Of a stretch of DNA of 64,000 nucleotides, positions 47,365 to 57,742 are shown one piece after another. The DNA is taken from assembly GCA_000146465.1 (NCBI GenBank), contig CP001949.1; one strand, written 5' to 3'. Within the stretch, counting starts at the first letter, position 1. Each line of letters opens with the position of its first letter. Below the pieces are notes generated by a model. That model saw only the letters and a program-made list of their open reading frames with translations. It searched no databases and was not told the origin of the DNA. The position numbers and the translations under genes are program-made.

Positions 47365-49743
47365 ATGACTTATGTGAGATGGCTGAATGGAGAAGAGGAA
47401 TGGCTTATAAGAAGATCCCGCAAAAGATCTTCATCGAGAGGCTCACAAAGAACAATGAAGGCAAAGAGCTTGATAACAGTTGCAAACAATTTGTATGTCC
47501 GAAACGAGCTTGGAAAGTGTGTGGAAGTCCTCAAGGAAACAATATGTCTTGTGCCAAGAAATCCGCATCCATACTTCACTCTTGGGCTCATTTTTGAGGA
47601 GAGAGGAGAGATACCAAAGGCATATTACTGCTTTTTTGTTGCTGCACACCTTCAAAGAAACAACTACGGACTTTGGAGGAAGCTCTACGATTACTCACGG
47701 CAACTTGGTTACAACCGAGAAAGGATATACTTCATCGAGGTTCTGCAGAGGAAGGGGAACAAGAGAGAGATGGTTGTGGAGAAGATGGGCCTGTATTCTG
47801 GAGACAAGGTCAAGGAGCTGAGCTGCAAGATAGAGCTGTTTGAGTTTGATGGGGTGGATGATGGGATCTTTGATGCTATTCGTGGGGCGATAACACACAA
47901 GGCTCGGCTTGCACGGCTGGCAAAGAGGCTTCTAAATCATCTTACAAAGGACGAAAGCTCGTGCTCGGACTATTATGTTAAGCAGCTTGTCATTCTGAAG
48001 TACGAAGCTTCCGACTTCATTGGGATGAAGACAATGTTCGACAAGTATCTCTTTAAGAGACGTGTTGAACTCTGCACAAAGCTCAGAGTGATATACATAA
48101 TGGCATGTCTCCAAGATGGAGGAGGAAGCGGCACCGAGGAATGTATTGGCCTCTTCCTGGAAGATGATAGGCTGTGGTCAGAGATTGGAGAGATAGATCT
48201 TTTGAAGCATCTTGCCGATATACTCATAGAGCATGGAAAGACTGACGAAGTGATAAAGTTACTTGGGAGGATAAGAAACAAATTCAACGACCAGAAGGAA
48301 TTTGTATATTGGAAGCTGGGAAGGATGCTCCATGACAAAGAGAATTATGACGAAGCTCTGCTGTACTACAGGCTGGTGCTTGAAATTAATCCTATCAACG
48401 ACGATGTTAAGTCACGGATGCATTCTATCTACACAAAGCAAGGAAACCACGAAATGGCCAAGAAATATGAAACGATTGCCCAGCTGATTGGGATTGTTGA
48501 TGAAAGAAATAAGAAAGGATGTGCATATTCACCTGAAATGTGCATGAGCATAAGGGCTCTCTACGAGGAAGCCAGGACTATTGGGGATGACTGCAGGAAA
48601 TTTATTGAATCGAATGGGGTTCTGGTGGATGACTTTCTGAAAAACAGATTTATCTTTGAGAAGAGAAAGAAAAGACCCTCTGGATCCATAAAGTTATATA
48701 GACAAAGATATATTGGGAATGGCATCTCTTCCGAGGGGAGAGGGGAGGACAGGATCATGAAGGAAGGATGCAGAGAGGGATTCCGATTTGGGGATCTTCA
48801 TGGGCTGAGTGTTGATGAATGGTTCAATGTTGTTTTGAGCCAGATTGTTGGCCTACTTTCTGTCTCCCGCAATGAGGAGGCTATGTCTCTAGTGTTTCGA
48901 TCCCTGGAGGCATATATCTTCCGTCACCGGAGTGACATCATATGTAAGCTTGTGTTTGTTGGGCTGAAGGCATCACTGATGTTTGGAGATTTTGGAGACT
49001 TTGTCACCTTGGTGAGAAGTGTGATCTGCCATACAGGAAATTATTCCTATGCTTATCTACTGTTTTACTTCAGCAACTTCTTTATGTGCTTCCAAAGGAA
49101 CAACGACTTTTCCTACTTCCAGAAGTACCTTCAGAGAGTGTGCAGAAGGAGGCTTAGAATCCTTCCAAATCTCGGAGAAGACCTGTCTTCGGAATCTTGT
49201 GGAGACTCTTCCGAATCCAGAAGCATAAACGACGAAGGCCATAAGGAGGAGACTTGCGAAAATGCTCATAAGGAAGACGCTACAAGAAGAAGAGCCATAG
49301 GGGTGTCCCACTTCCTGTTCTTGAACTCGCACATTCCAAATCTCCTGCAGTCGAAAACTGTGGAGATGATGTCGTCTCTCCAAATGGAACGGAACACATC
49401 TGAAAGTATAATTCTTGCGTCGATGTTCCTCATCCACTCGAAGTCGAGAAGAGTGAGCGATAGGAATATGTTTATAAGAAAGGGAATATCCATCCTCAAG
49501 AGTCTAAAAGAGAAGACTCAAGGAGAAGATGGATGTGTAGTTTCCTACAACATTGGAAAAGCCTATCAGTTCTTTGGGTTTCCGGGGCTTGCAGAAAGCT
49601 TCTACATGGAAGCGTTGGGCACATCGGATGTTGAACTTCGAAGGCTTGTACAATTCAACTTGTATCTTATATACAAAAAGAATAACACAATGGAGCTATT
49701 TAAAGACATTCTCAAAAGCAAAGAGCCCTCATTCGCGGAGTAA
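47365..49743 (+). CDS. TPR-repeat protein, TFIIIC subunit Tfc4/GTF3C3-like
   Basis: N-terminal TPR block ..ANNLYVRNELGKCVEVL..YFTLGLIFEERGEIPKAYYCFFVAAHLQRNNYGLWRKL parallels Tfc4 (..GDIYQLQGRLNDCCNSWFLAAHLNASDWEFWKIV). Start at MTYVRW to clear the L4 gene. Confidence 0.55.
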   Translation: MTYVRWLNGEEEWLIRRSRKRSSSRGSQRTMKAKSLITVANNLYVRNELGKCVEVLKETICLVPRNPHPYFTLGLIFEERGEIPKAYYCFFVAAHLQRNNYGLWRKLYDYSRQLGYNRERIYFIEVLQRKGNKREMVVEKMGLYSGDKVKELSCKIELFEFDGVDDGIFDAIRGAITHKARLARLAKRLLNHLTKDESSCSDYYVKQLVILKYEASDFIGMKTMFDKYLFKRRVELCTKLRVIYIMACLQDGGGSGTEECIGLFLEDDRLWSEIGEIDLLKHLADILIEHGKTDEVIKLLGRIRNKFNDQKEFVYWKLGRMLHDKENYDEALLYYRLVLEINPINDDVKSRMHSIYTKQGNHEMAKKYETIAQLIGIVDERNKKGCAYSPEMCMSIRALYEEARTIGDDCRKFIESNGVLVDDFLKNRFIFEKRKKRPSGSIKLYRQRYIGNGISSEGRGEDRIMKEGCREGFRFGDLHGLSVDEWFNVVLSQIVGLLSVSRNEEAMSLVFRSLEAYIFRHRSDIICKLVFVGLKASLMFGDFGDFVTLVRSVICHTGNYSYAYLLFYFSNFFMCFQRNNDFSYFQKYLQRVCRRRLRILPNLGEDLSSESCGDSSESRSINDEGHKEETCENAHKEDATRRRAIGVSHFLFLNSHIPNLLQSKTVEMMSSLQMERNTSESIILASMFLIHSKSRRVSDRNMFIRKGISILKSLKEKTQGEDGCVVSYNIGKAYQFFGFPGLAESFYMEALGTSDVELRRLVQFNLYLIYKKNNTMELFKDILKSKEPSFAE

Positions 49744-49769
49744 CTCATTATTTTGTTTATGCCCCTGGG

Positions 49770-50558
49770 ATGAGCGAAGGCCAGATACTTAATGTGTGGA
49801 AGGACAACCTCCATGGAGAAATGAAAAAGATATCCCAGCTTATAAGCAGATACAACTACATAAGCATGGACACGGAGTTTCCAGGGGTTGTAGCGAAGCC
49901 TGTTGGAAGCTTCAAGTCGCCCTCCTCGTTTGCGTACCAGCAGCTGAGATGTAATGTGGACATATTGAATATCATCCAGCTTGGGATATCTCTGAGCGAT
50001 GGGGAAGGAAACCGGCCATGCCCCATAAGTACGTGGCAGTTCAACTTTGCATTCAGCCTGGAAACAGACATGTATGCACAGGAGTCGATTGATTTGCTGA
50101 TCCAAGCCAAAATAGACTTTAAGGAGCACGAGAGGAGAGGAATCAGAGTGGAAGAGTTTGGAGAGGTTCTAATGACCTCGGGATTGGTGATGTCTTCAGA
50201 CGTTGTATGGGTTTCGTTCCACTCCGCCTATGACTTTGGATATCTTATCAAGATCCTGACATGCAACCCTCTTCCGGAAAGAGAAGAGGACTTTTACAGG
50301 TTCCTCGCAGCTCTGTTCCCAGATTTCTACGATATAAAGTTTCTTGTACAGAACAGCAGATATCTGAAGAAGGGACTTCAGGAGATATCCAACGACCTCG
50401 GGCTTGTGCGAGATGGAATTCAGCACCAGGCGGGGAGTGATGCACTTCTGACATCCCACGCGTTCTTCAAGACCAAGGAGGTTCTTTTCAACCGAAGCAT
50501 CGGAAAGGATCTCATGTGTAAGTTGTTTGGAATTGAGGTCAAAGACCCCCTACAGTAA
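49770..50558 (+). CDS. CCR4-NOT deadenylase subunit CAF1/Pop2 (DEDD nuclease)
   Basis: ISMDTEFPGVV (first DEDD motif) and overall CAF1 architecture. Confidence 0.9.
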   Translation: MSEGQILNVWKDNLHGEMKKISQLISRYNYISMDTEFPGVVAKPVGSFKSPSSFAYQQLRCNVDILNIIQLGISLSDGEGNRPCPISTWQFNFAFSLETDMYAQESIDLLIQAKIDFKEHERRGIRVEEFGEVLMTSGLVMSSDVVWVSFHSAYDFGYLIKILTCNPLPEREEDFYRFLAALFPDFYDIKFLVQNSRYLKKGLQEISNDLGLVRDGIQHQAGSDALLTSHAFFKTKEVLFNRSIGKDLMCKLFGIEVKDPLQ

Positions 50559-50581
50559 AGATCTTCTAGAGAACTGCTTTA

Positions 50582-51097
50582 TTAAAAGCCTAAGCTTTCC
50601 TCGTCACTTAGACTGTTGTTTGTTTCTACATCTATCTTCTCTTTGGTTATGGGAATGGCATACTTCTTGACATAGCTTCGAACAACTTCGTTGTACTTTT
50701 CTCTGTTATTGAGATACATCGAGCCGGCCTCGCAATTGAGAGGATCTGCAGCATTTGGGTAGGATAGAAGCTGGGGAAGAAGAATGTCGACGATGTTTAG
50801 GAGGTCGTATATGGGAGACCATATCTGGTTGAGAACGTCGAGGCATATCGAGCCGCTTGTTTCATCGACATTTGGATGAAATATCCTGGTTGTGAATCCT
50901 ATCGAAGGACTTTTGAATGGATAGTTATCTGGAAGAAGTATGTTAACGATGTACTTTGCACCGTAGTACGGAGAGTCTTCGGGGCCATTTATCAGGACCT
51001 CCATCTGCGTATGCTTCCCCTCAAGCATCCGGACCTCGTAGTTTGCCCTGTAGAGTTTCTGGATCTCGTTCTTAACCCGTGGATTGAGCTTGACCAT
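50582..51097 (-). CDS. Ubiquitin-conjugating enzyme E2
   Basis: UBC fold with HPN motif and catalytic Cys (FHPNVDETSGSICLDVL). Confidence 0.9.
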   Translation of the reverse strand: MVKLNPRVKNEIQKLYRANYEVRMLEGKHTQMEVLINGPEDSPYYGAKYIVNILLPDNYPFKSPSIGFTTRIFHPNVDETSGSICLDVLNQIWSPIYDLLNIVDILLPQLLSYPNAADPLNCEAGSMYLNNREKYNEVVRSYVKKYAIPITKEKIDVETNNSLSDEESLGF

Positions 51098-51313
51098 GTC
51101 CTTTCCTTGTGTAAATTTATTGTGTCTTCATTACGTTTTTATGTGACAGGTTTCAGAAACTTCTGCGAATCGATTTGGCTCCTGGAAATCAAATCTGGAC
51201 GGCAAATTTCTTTGTGCATGAAACATTTAGCTTTTTTGAAGAAATGGGATTGGGCTGTGGGCTCCACCAGCCAATAAGCTGAGTTTTGATGGCGAAAAAA
51301 ATTTGCCCTAAAA

Positions 51314-52120
51314 ATGCCGACTGGACACCGCGACCATCTGAAGCGAAAGACTGCACCGAAGTCATGGATGCTGAACAAACAAGGAGGAACGTTTGCAATG
51401 ATGCCGGCCAGCGGGCCTCACAGGAAGACGGAGTGCATTCCGCTTGGATACTTGATCTCAAGGTTTCTCAAGTATTCTAGTAACTCCAAGGAGCTTAGAA
51501 TAATCCTGGATGGAAAGAACGTTAAGGTGAATGGAAAGGTACGCACAAACTCGCACTTTCCTGTTGGTCTGTTTGATGTGGTATCTATCGAGAAGACTGG
51601 AGAACATTTCAGAGTTCTATACAATGTGCACAAGAAGTTCCATCTTCACAGGATCAATTCATCGGAGGCTAGCTACCGCCTTGCAAAGGTCACAAAGAAA
51701 TACGAGTCACAGAATGTGCCATATGTTGTTTCGAGCTGTGGACTAAGCATCCGTTTCTGCGACCCGGCGATCGACGTTGGATACACAATCAAGATCTCTA
51801 ACGAGACGTCCAAGGTGATTGAATATATTGAGCCGGGGGTGGATAAGGTTGTATTTGTGTCTAGTGGAAAAGCTAGAGGACGAATTGGAGTCATAAATAC
51901 CATCAGCATCCAAGGAAAGGAAGTTGTCTACGGCATGACCGACTTTGCAGGCCATACCTTCTCTTGTACAAGCAAGAGTTGCATACTGATTGGAGAATCG
52001 GAGGAGAATATCCTGATCACGCTTCCGAAGGAGCGGGGGATACGACTTTCCAGTCTTGAGAGGATCAATGCTCAGCTGGGGGAAATGGTCGATATAGGAG
52101 TAGTTGAGGTCTGCGAATAA
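51314..52120 (+). CDS. 40S ribosomal protein S4 (eS4)
   Basis: [27 protein letters not shown]....R..LKY..N..E...I......VKV.GKVRT...FP.G..DV.S matches the eS4 N-terminus and KOW region. Confidence 0.95.
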   Translation: MPTGHRDHLKRKTAPKSWMLNKQGGTFAMMPASGPHRKTECIPLGYLISRFLKYSSNSKELRIILDGKNVKVNGKVRTNSHFPVGLFDVVSIEKTGEHFRVLYNVHKKFHLHRINSSEASYRLAKVTKKYESQNVPYVVSSCGLSIRFCDPAIDVGYTIKISNETSKVIEYIEPGVDKVVFVSSGKARGRIGVINTISIQGKEVVYGMTDFAGHTFSCTSKSCILIGESEENILITLPKERGIRLSSLERINAQLGEMVDIGVVEVCE

Positions 52121-52159
52121 AATATTTCTTCTTTAATGTTATATTCACTTCTGAGAGAG

Positions 52160-52876
52160 TCAAAAAAAGCTACTAGGACATTTGCTTCTGATACAACACT
52201 CTTCACATTTTGGCCTTCTTGCAACACAGACTGTTTGGCCGTATCCTACCAGAACTCTATTAATTGTCTCCCACTCTCTCTTTGGAACGATCTTCTCCAG
52301 CTCCCTTCGAGTGCTTTCGGCATCCTTAGTCTTGACCAGCCCTATTCTATTGGAGATTCTGTGTACATGTGTATCCACACTTATTCCAACCACACTGCCG
52401 CATGCATGGTTCATGTACAGAATGGCCATCTTGTTTCCAATTCCAGGAAGAGACACAAGATCCTTCATTTCTTCTGGAAGTCCCTTTTCTCTGAGAATTT
52501 CTGTAATCCTCTTCAAGTTTTCGGCCTTTTTGGTATGGAACCCAACTCTCTTGATGCAGGAGTCGATGTATCCAACACTCGAACTCGTTACATTCTCCAT
52601 GGTCAGGCCACAGTCTCTGCCATCTGCAGCACCACCTTCTGGAAGAAGAGTCCTCAGCCTCTCCATGGCCTCATATGTTATCTCGTCTTTTGTCTGCGAA
52701 GAAAGAAGAAGAGAAACCAGGATATGAAATCTCCTTTCTTCTTCCGTCTTATATGACGGGGTAACAAAGCACCCCATGGTATCCACAGGAGATACAATGT
52801 TCTCCCTCTGTTTTTTGATTTCTAAGTAAAGTTCTAGAGACTCTTTTTTCCTTTCTTTAGAGGAGGTGTCTTTCAT
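52160..52876 (-). CDS. Endonuclease III (Nth) base-excision DNA glycosylase
   Basis: HhH-GPD (LVSLPGIGNKMAILYMNHA..GISVDTHVHRISNRI) and C-terminal 4Fe-4S cluster Cys ligands (C..RRPKCEECCIRSKC). Confidence 0.85.
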   Translation of the reverse strand: MKDTSSKERKKESLELYLEIKKQRENIVSPVDTMGCFVTPSYKTEEERRFHILVSLLLSSQTKDEITYEAMERLRTLLPEGGAADGRDCGLTMENVTSSSVGYIDSCIKRVGFHTKKAENLKRITEILREKGLPEEMKDLVSLPGIGNKMAILYMNHACGSVVGISVDTHVHRISNRIGLVKTKDAESTRRELEKIVPKREWETINRVLVGYGQTVCVARRPKCEECCIRSKCPSSFF

Positions 52877-52891
52877 AGTCCACTGTATAAG

Positions 52892-54247
52892 ATGGGAATG
52901 GGCCCTCCTATTGTATTTTGCGATAAAACACCAAAATCAAAGCTTCCCATCTGGAAAGCAATGCTCAACAACGTCAGGACATACCTTCGGATCAAGCCAC
53001 AGGAAATCCCAGAAGACATTGCAGTCAGCAAGGACTCGATGGTTATAGATGGAAGCAAGTTCTGCTTCGATAGGATCTTTAGAGGCTCCACCCAGCAAGA
53101 AATCTTCCAAGAGATATCAAGGAGTCTTTTGGTGGAGTGTATGCAGGGATACAACTGCACTCTCTTTGCCTATGGGCAGACAGGAAGTGGGAAGACCTAC
53201 ACCATACAAGGAAATGAACACAACATTGGGATTGTCCAAAGGTCTCTGAGTCTTCTGCACAGAAACACAGACCTAAAGATCTCTCTCTCCTTTGTTGAGA
53301 TATACAACGAGACAATGCTGGATCTGTTTGATCCCGAGGCCAATCTGTCCATACGCGAAGATCCTCTTTACGGGGTAGTTGTCGACAACCTAACGACAGT
53401 GGAATCAGACAGCTACGAGAAGAGCATGGAAATGTACACGAAGGGAATAAGAATAAGAAGAACATCGTCGACGTCAATGAACAAGGAAAGCAGTCGGAGC
53501 CATTCGATATTCACTGTGTATCTTAAGAGCAATGGAGAAGTGATGAAAAGGTCATCAAGGCTGTGCTTTGTAGATCTTGCAGGGTCGGAGAGGCTTAGAG
53601 AGCGAGGAGTGGAAGAGATGAAGATGAAGGAGGCAGCTAACATAAACAAGTCTCTTTTATGTCTTGGAAAAGTGATCAATAAACTTAGCAACGGCGAGGA
53701 CGGGCATATAGGGTATAGGGAGTCCAAGCTTACTTTTTTACTAAAAGACTCTCTTGGAGGAAATTGCAAGTTGACGGTCATTGGAAATGTCTCTCTTGAG
53801 AGCAGAGGTGACAGCATAAACACAATGAACTTCCTCCAGAGGTCCAAGATGATAAGAAACCTTGCTGTTGTGAATTCAGACGTAAGCGGGGAGTTGGAAG
53901 AGGTGAAGAACAAGCTGAAGATTCTAGACTGTGAGAACCAAAGCCTGAAGGCCAGGATTGCTCTGATGGACTCGCAGATCCAAGAGGAGTCTGGGATTCT
54001 CCCCTCCTACCACTACGACATTGCAAGGGTGAGAAGTGCAGTTGACGAGATCATGAACACGGTTCTGGAACTGGAAGCCATTGCCAAGAAAATCCCTGGA
54101 GTTGAATTTGGCAAGAACAGGAATCTTCTTCTTGGAATCCACGAATGCTTCATGGCTCTGCATGGAAAGGAGCAGAAAGACACAGACACGATGAAAAGAA
54201 AGCGAATGGGCGAAAGAGAGCAAACAAATAAAGAAGCTATGTTCTGA
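52892..54247 (+). CDS. Kinesin-like motor protein
   Basis: FAYGQTGSGKTYT (P-loop), SSRSHSIFTV (switch I), VDLAGSER (switch II), then a coiled coil. Confidence 0.9.
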   Translation: MGMGPPIVFCDKTPKSKLPIWKAMLNNVRTYLRIKPQEIPEDIAVSKDSMVIDGSKFCFDRIFRGSTQQEIFQEISRSLLVECMQGYNCTLFAYGQTGSGKTYTIQGNEHNIGIVQRSLSLLHRNTDLKISLSFVEIYNETMLDLFDPEANLSIREDPLYGVVVDNLTTVESDSYEKSMEMYTKGIRIRRTSSTSMNKESSRSHSIFTVYLKSNGEVMKRSSRLCFVDLAGSERLRERGVEEMKMKEAANINKSLLCLGKVINKLSNGEDGHIGYRESKLTFLLKDSLGGNCKLTVIGNVSLESRGDSINTMNFLQRSKMIRNLAVVNSDVSGELEEVKNKLKILDCENQSLKARIALMDSQIQEESGILPSYHYDIARVRSAVDEIMNTVLELEAIAKKIPGVEFGKNRNLLLGIHECFMALHGKEQKDTDTMKRKRMGEREQTNKEAMF

Positions 54248-54317
54248 GGTGGATGCTGTAATACAGTCCTTAGGCTTATGGGCTGTAAATTTGGATATTT
54301 TGGATCCCTGATTTACT

Positions 54318-54839
54318 ATGAACTTGGCGTCGCAGTGGGTTCTTTGGCAGAACAACAACGACGAGTCGAATGCCAAGAGCTGGGGAGACGACCTCATGGT
54401 TGTTGGGGAGGTGTCGACGATACCGGAGTTCCTGTATCTCTGTGACGAGATATCGAATGTCGGGGTTGGAAAGCTGTGCACAATGAATCTGTTTAAGAAA
54501 GGAATCAAGCCGATGTGGGAGGATGAGGGAAACATAGAAGGAGGAAGAATTATAATGGATGTTCCTGTGGTGGGCAAGGACAGTATTGATGAGCTGTGGA
54601 AAAGAACCATGGCGTTCTGTGTCTCGAATACCGTCGATAACATATGCGGGTGTGTACTCAGTGAAAAACAGTCGTTTTACAAGGTGGCAATCTGGTTTGG
54701 GAAAGATTATAACCAGGATTCGATTAAGGACATGTGGCAAGAAGCCCTTGGAGGGGGAAAGCTATCCATCTACTCTTTCTTGCACAAGAAGTCGTTGGAC
54801 AGCAACAAAGGAAAAAAAAAGTGGGGAGGAAGAAGGTAG
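54318..54839 (+). CDS. Translation initiation factor eIF4E (cap-binding)
   Basis: W..LW..., KGIKPMWEDEGNIEGGR, conserved cap-stacking Trp positions. Confidence 0.85.
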   Translation: MNLASQWVLWQNNNDESNAKSWGDDLMVVGEVSTIPEFLYLCDEISNVGVGKLCTMNLFKKGIKPMWEDEGNIEGGRIIMDVPVVGKDSIDELWKRTMAFCVSNTVDNICGCVLSEKQSFYKVAIWFGKDYNQDSIKDMWQEALGGGKLSIYSFLHKKSLDSNKGKKKWGGRR

Positions 54840-54899
54840 AGCACGGAGAAGTTTCAATAAAGTTATCTTTGTTTAATTGTCTGAGAGACAACCCTAGGC

Positions 54900-55778
54900 C
54901 TATTTCCTTCTGGACCCTTTTCTTGTTACAGGTGTGACCTTTACAAAGCCATCTGGGCAAATATCCGAGAGGATCGACAGCTTCGACTCATCAAGAAATA
55001 GGTTAAGAAACTCCTCGCATTCGGTCTTGCTGAGCCCCGAGGCATGGGAGATGATCTTAACGGCTTCAGAAAAAGACTTCCCCGAAATCCTCCTTTCCAT
55101 GGAGCCAAGGGTCACCGACGGGTTTCTGGAATGTAAGAAGTTCTTTGATTTGACACAGGCTTCAAGGATCTTTGAGCGGTCAAGATCCTTCTTTGGATGC
55201 TTCTTTAGAGACAAAGAAGAAAGATCCTCAAAGAACTCCTGAGGCTTTTCAAGAGGCTTCTTAACGGCAGCATGGCTTTCAAAGTACTCGTCTAGCTTCT
55301 CTGAAGAAAGGAAATCTCCAAGATCTGCTGCAAGGCTATCGTAGGATACAAATCCCTTGTCTATATCTCTTCTGACCTGTGTATTTTTTAGTTCTTGGGT
55401 GTTTATCTTCTCTCTCATTTCCCGGTCAGTGAATGGTCCTTGGATGTCTTCTCCCCTTCTCACCAGCCACATAAAGGAAAGGCTCGGAGCAGCTCCGAGA
55501 ACAAAGTTTCCTCTTTGGTCGAAATGCCCTTGGTCCGACCTTGTTAGATCTACATCCCACATTGATTCAGACTCTCTTTTCAATGCCTTCTTCTGGGGCC
55601 ATCCTCCCTTCCGGCTTGCAAGTGCCAGTATCCGCCTTCGAAGGACGCACGCCTTTTCTTCCTTTGAATATTCCTGAAGAATCCTTGGTGTTCTACTCTC
55701 CTTAGTGCATATTGTCTTGTCAAAAACAAAGTCATTTGGCTTCGTCGAGCAGATCTCCATAAAGTTTATTGGCAGCAT
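54900..55778 (-). CDS. GYF-domain protein
   Basis: ..SFMWLVRRGEDIQGPFTDREMREKI.. fits the GYF consensus (W.Y.D..G..QGPF....M..W). Confidence 0.5.
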   Translation of the reverse strand: MLPINFMEICSTKPNDFVFDKTICTKESRTPRILQEYSKEEKACVLRRRILALASRKGGWPQKKALKRESESMWDVDLTRSDQGHFDQRGNFVLGAAPSLSFMWLVRRGEDIQGPFTDREMREKINTQELKNTQVRRDIDKGFVSYDSLAADLGDFLSSEKLDEYFESHAAVKKPLEKPQEFFEDLSSLSLKKHPKKDLDRSKILEACVKSKNFLHSRNPSVTLGSMERRISGKSFSEAVKIISHASGLSKTECEEFLNLFLDESKLSILSDICPDGFVKVTPVTRKGSRRK

Positions 55779-55858
55779 GGGTGCCCTGATCCCACAACTA
55801 AAGTAAATTTAATCTGGAGTGTCTTAAGATTACTCCAAAAGACATTTGGATTACACGT

Positions 55859-56299
55859 TTAATAAGGAGGAAACCGGGAGTTCTTGTCTGGCTTGTAGTG
55901 GTCGGGGTCTGGCTCAAAACTGTCCTTCCTGTTTCTTGAGGGTGTTATAGGATCTATGTTGATCAACGGGTCTGTATCCTCGTCCTCAGAAGGTCGTCCA
56001 GAAGGCAAGCGAAAGATGCTTGGGTCCGCCAGAGATCCTCTTGGATGTTTTCTGACTGTTCTGAGAACACTAATTTCCTCGGTGTCTGGAAACAGATCAT
56101 CTCTCCCGACGTTTCTGAAGCCGGCCAAAGGGGAGCCCAACAAATCGAAGATCCTGTTTATGCAGAGCTGGTCGCATAGCTCGGACTCATGGATTTTCAC
56201 ACGTCTATCTCCATTTGAGACAACGTATGTACCGTCTGGGATTCTCTCGACATTGTATTTTGCTTTTAGTGTGTCCAGGAACTTATTAGGTTTCATGGT
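55859..56299 (-). CDS. Hypothetical protein
   Basis: ORF trimmed to the internal Met MKPNKF. Pro/Asp-rich C-terminus. No motif recognised. Confidence 0.35.
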   Translation of the reverse strand, partial: TMKPNKFLDTLKAKYNVERIPDGTYVVSNGDRRVKIHESELCDQLCINRIFDLLGSPLAGFRNVGRDDLFPDTEEISVLRTVRKHPRGSLADPSIFRLPSGRPSEDEDTDPLINIDPITPSRNRKDSFEPDPDHYKPDKNSRFPPY

Positions 56300-56334
56300 G
56301 GGATTATTCGCAGACGGAATATAATACTTGGGCT

Positions 56335-57357
56335 TTGGATGAAGAAGGCCAGATAAGAGAAGAAAAATCCCTCCCTTCAATGAGTAGAGACGAGAAGCTT
56401 TTTGAGGAAATTGGAAACAAGATCAAGGACCTGAAGTTTCGAGTCAACGAAGATGTTGTTCAGACGATTTATGAGATGGTTGTGAAGGAAAAGGGTGCAA
56501 CCGATGATCTGGGTGGATTTGTGAAGAGGCTAGAGGAAGACGGGACGCTGATGAATCTGCAACTGAACTCGAAAGGAAGAGACAAAGAAAGCCTTGGAGG
56601 AAAATGGAGGGCATTGAGGAGAAGTGGAGTTTACTCGGAAAGAATTACACCCGAGACGTTTCAGCTGAGCTACTACCCGAAGGATGAAGAAACAATGAAG
56701 TTTCTTAGTTCGATTCTTGTTAGTGACATTCCATTTGGATTTCTGAATCCCGAGCAAAAGATAAGACTAATTGAGTCGATGGAGCCGGTGGAGATTCCAT
56801 GTGGGACATTTGTAATCCGTGAAGAGGACGTTGGATCGCAGATGTACATTGTGGACCACGGGGAGTTTGAGGTTTCGAAGAGAGGACAGTTTCTTAGGAA
56901 GCTGTCAAGAGGGAACTTCTTTGGAGAGATAGCTCTTCTGCACAACATCCCCAGGACGGCCTCTGTCAAGGCAGTTAGTGATGGAAAGGTATGGGTTGTG
57001 GAGCAGACGTCGTTTTCTGGAATAAGGATGATGGACCGGATTTCCAACAAGAGAATCATCATGGAAGGTCTGAAGGAACACAAGGTTTTCCCGTCATTTG
57101 GAGACGAGGACTATGAGCATATTCTGAACTCATTAAGTTTTGAGTACTACAAGAAGGGAAGCAGAGTTGAGGTGAAGGATAGCGAGTTTTTGATGAGTTT
57201 ATTTGAGGGGGAGATTGACGATGGAGAGCGAAGGAAGATCCAGGCAAAGGAGATGATTGGAAAGAGCTTTATGGCGATAAGTGAGATCCAGGGAGCACAT
57301 ATATGTAGGGAGTATGAGAGACCTAGGTGTTATGATTCTGGGGGGTCTGGAAGATAA
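56335..57357 (+). CDS. cAMP-dependent protein kinase regulatory subunit
   Basis: Two tandem cNMP-binding domains (..FGEIALLHNIPRTASVKAVS.. and a second CNB). Inhibitor-site-like region at the N-terminus. Confidence 0.8.
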   Translation: MDEEGQIREEKSLPSMSRDEKLFEEIGNKIKDLKFRVNEDVVQTIYEMVVKEKGATDDLGGFVKRLEEDGTLMNLQLNSKGRDKESLGGKWRALRRSGVYSERITPETFQLSYYPKDEETMKFLSSILVSDIPFGFLNPEQKIRLIESMEPVEIPCGTFVIREEDVGSQMYIVDHGEFEVSKRGQFLRKLSRGNFFGEIALLHNIPRTASVKAVSDGKVWVVEQTSFSGIRMMDRISNKRIIMEGLKEHKVFPSFGDEDYEHILNSLSFEYYKKGSRVEVKDSEFLMSLFEGEIDDGERRKIQAKEMIGKSFMAISEIQGAHICREYERPRCYDSGGSGR

Positions 57358-57435
57358 GGAGTGGATTGAGCAATAAAGTCCTATTGGGCGCCTGGGGGCC
57401 TTATGGTGAGATCGGGGGTTGTGGGGGGTATGGCA

Positions 57436-57508
57436 AGTGACCTTAGTGTAGTGGTTATCACGTTCGTCTAACACGCGGAAGGTCCCCAGTTCGAGCCTGG
57501 GAGGTCGC
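57436..57508 (+). tRNA. tRNA-Val (anticodon AAC)
   Basis: GTGACCT-TA-GTGTAGTGGTTATCAC-G-TTCGT-CTAACAC-GCGGA-AGGTC-CCCAG-TTCGAGC-CTGGG-AGGTCGC-A. Near-identical to canonical eukaryotic tRNA-Val(AAC). Confidence 0.9.
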
Positions 57509-57557
57509 ATTATTTTTGCATTGGGTTTTGGGCCAAAAGGATTGTCTGAAAAAAGAC

Positions 57558-57641
57558 TCTCCCAAGCTGGAGTCGAACCAGCGGCCATTCGATAACGGCA
57601 TACTTCTACAGTCGAATGCTCTACCACTGAGCTATTGGGAG
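57558..57641 (-). tRNA. tRNA-Tyr (anticodon GTA) with a 12-nt intron
   Basis: Reverse complement: CTCCCAA-TA-GCTC-AGTGGTA-GAGC-A-TTCGA-CTGTAG[AAGTATGCCGTT]A-TCGAA-TGGCC-GCTGG-TTCGACT-CCAGC-TTGGGAG-A. The intron lies after anticodon-loop position 37, at plus coordinates 57594-57605. Confidence 0.85.
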
Positions 57642-57742
57642 TTGCCATGCTCAGCCCTTCCAGACTTCACAAAACAAGAACCTAAAAACATAAGATATTT
57701 AATGAAAAGACCCAGATCCTAACACGAACTAGAGGCACATCC

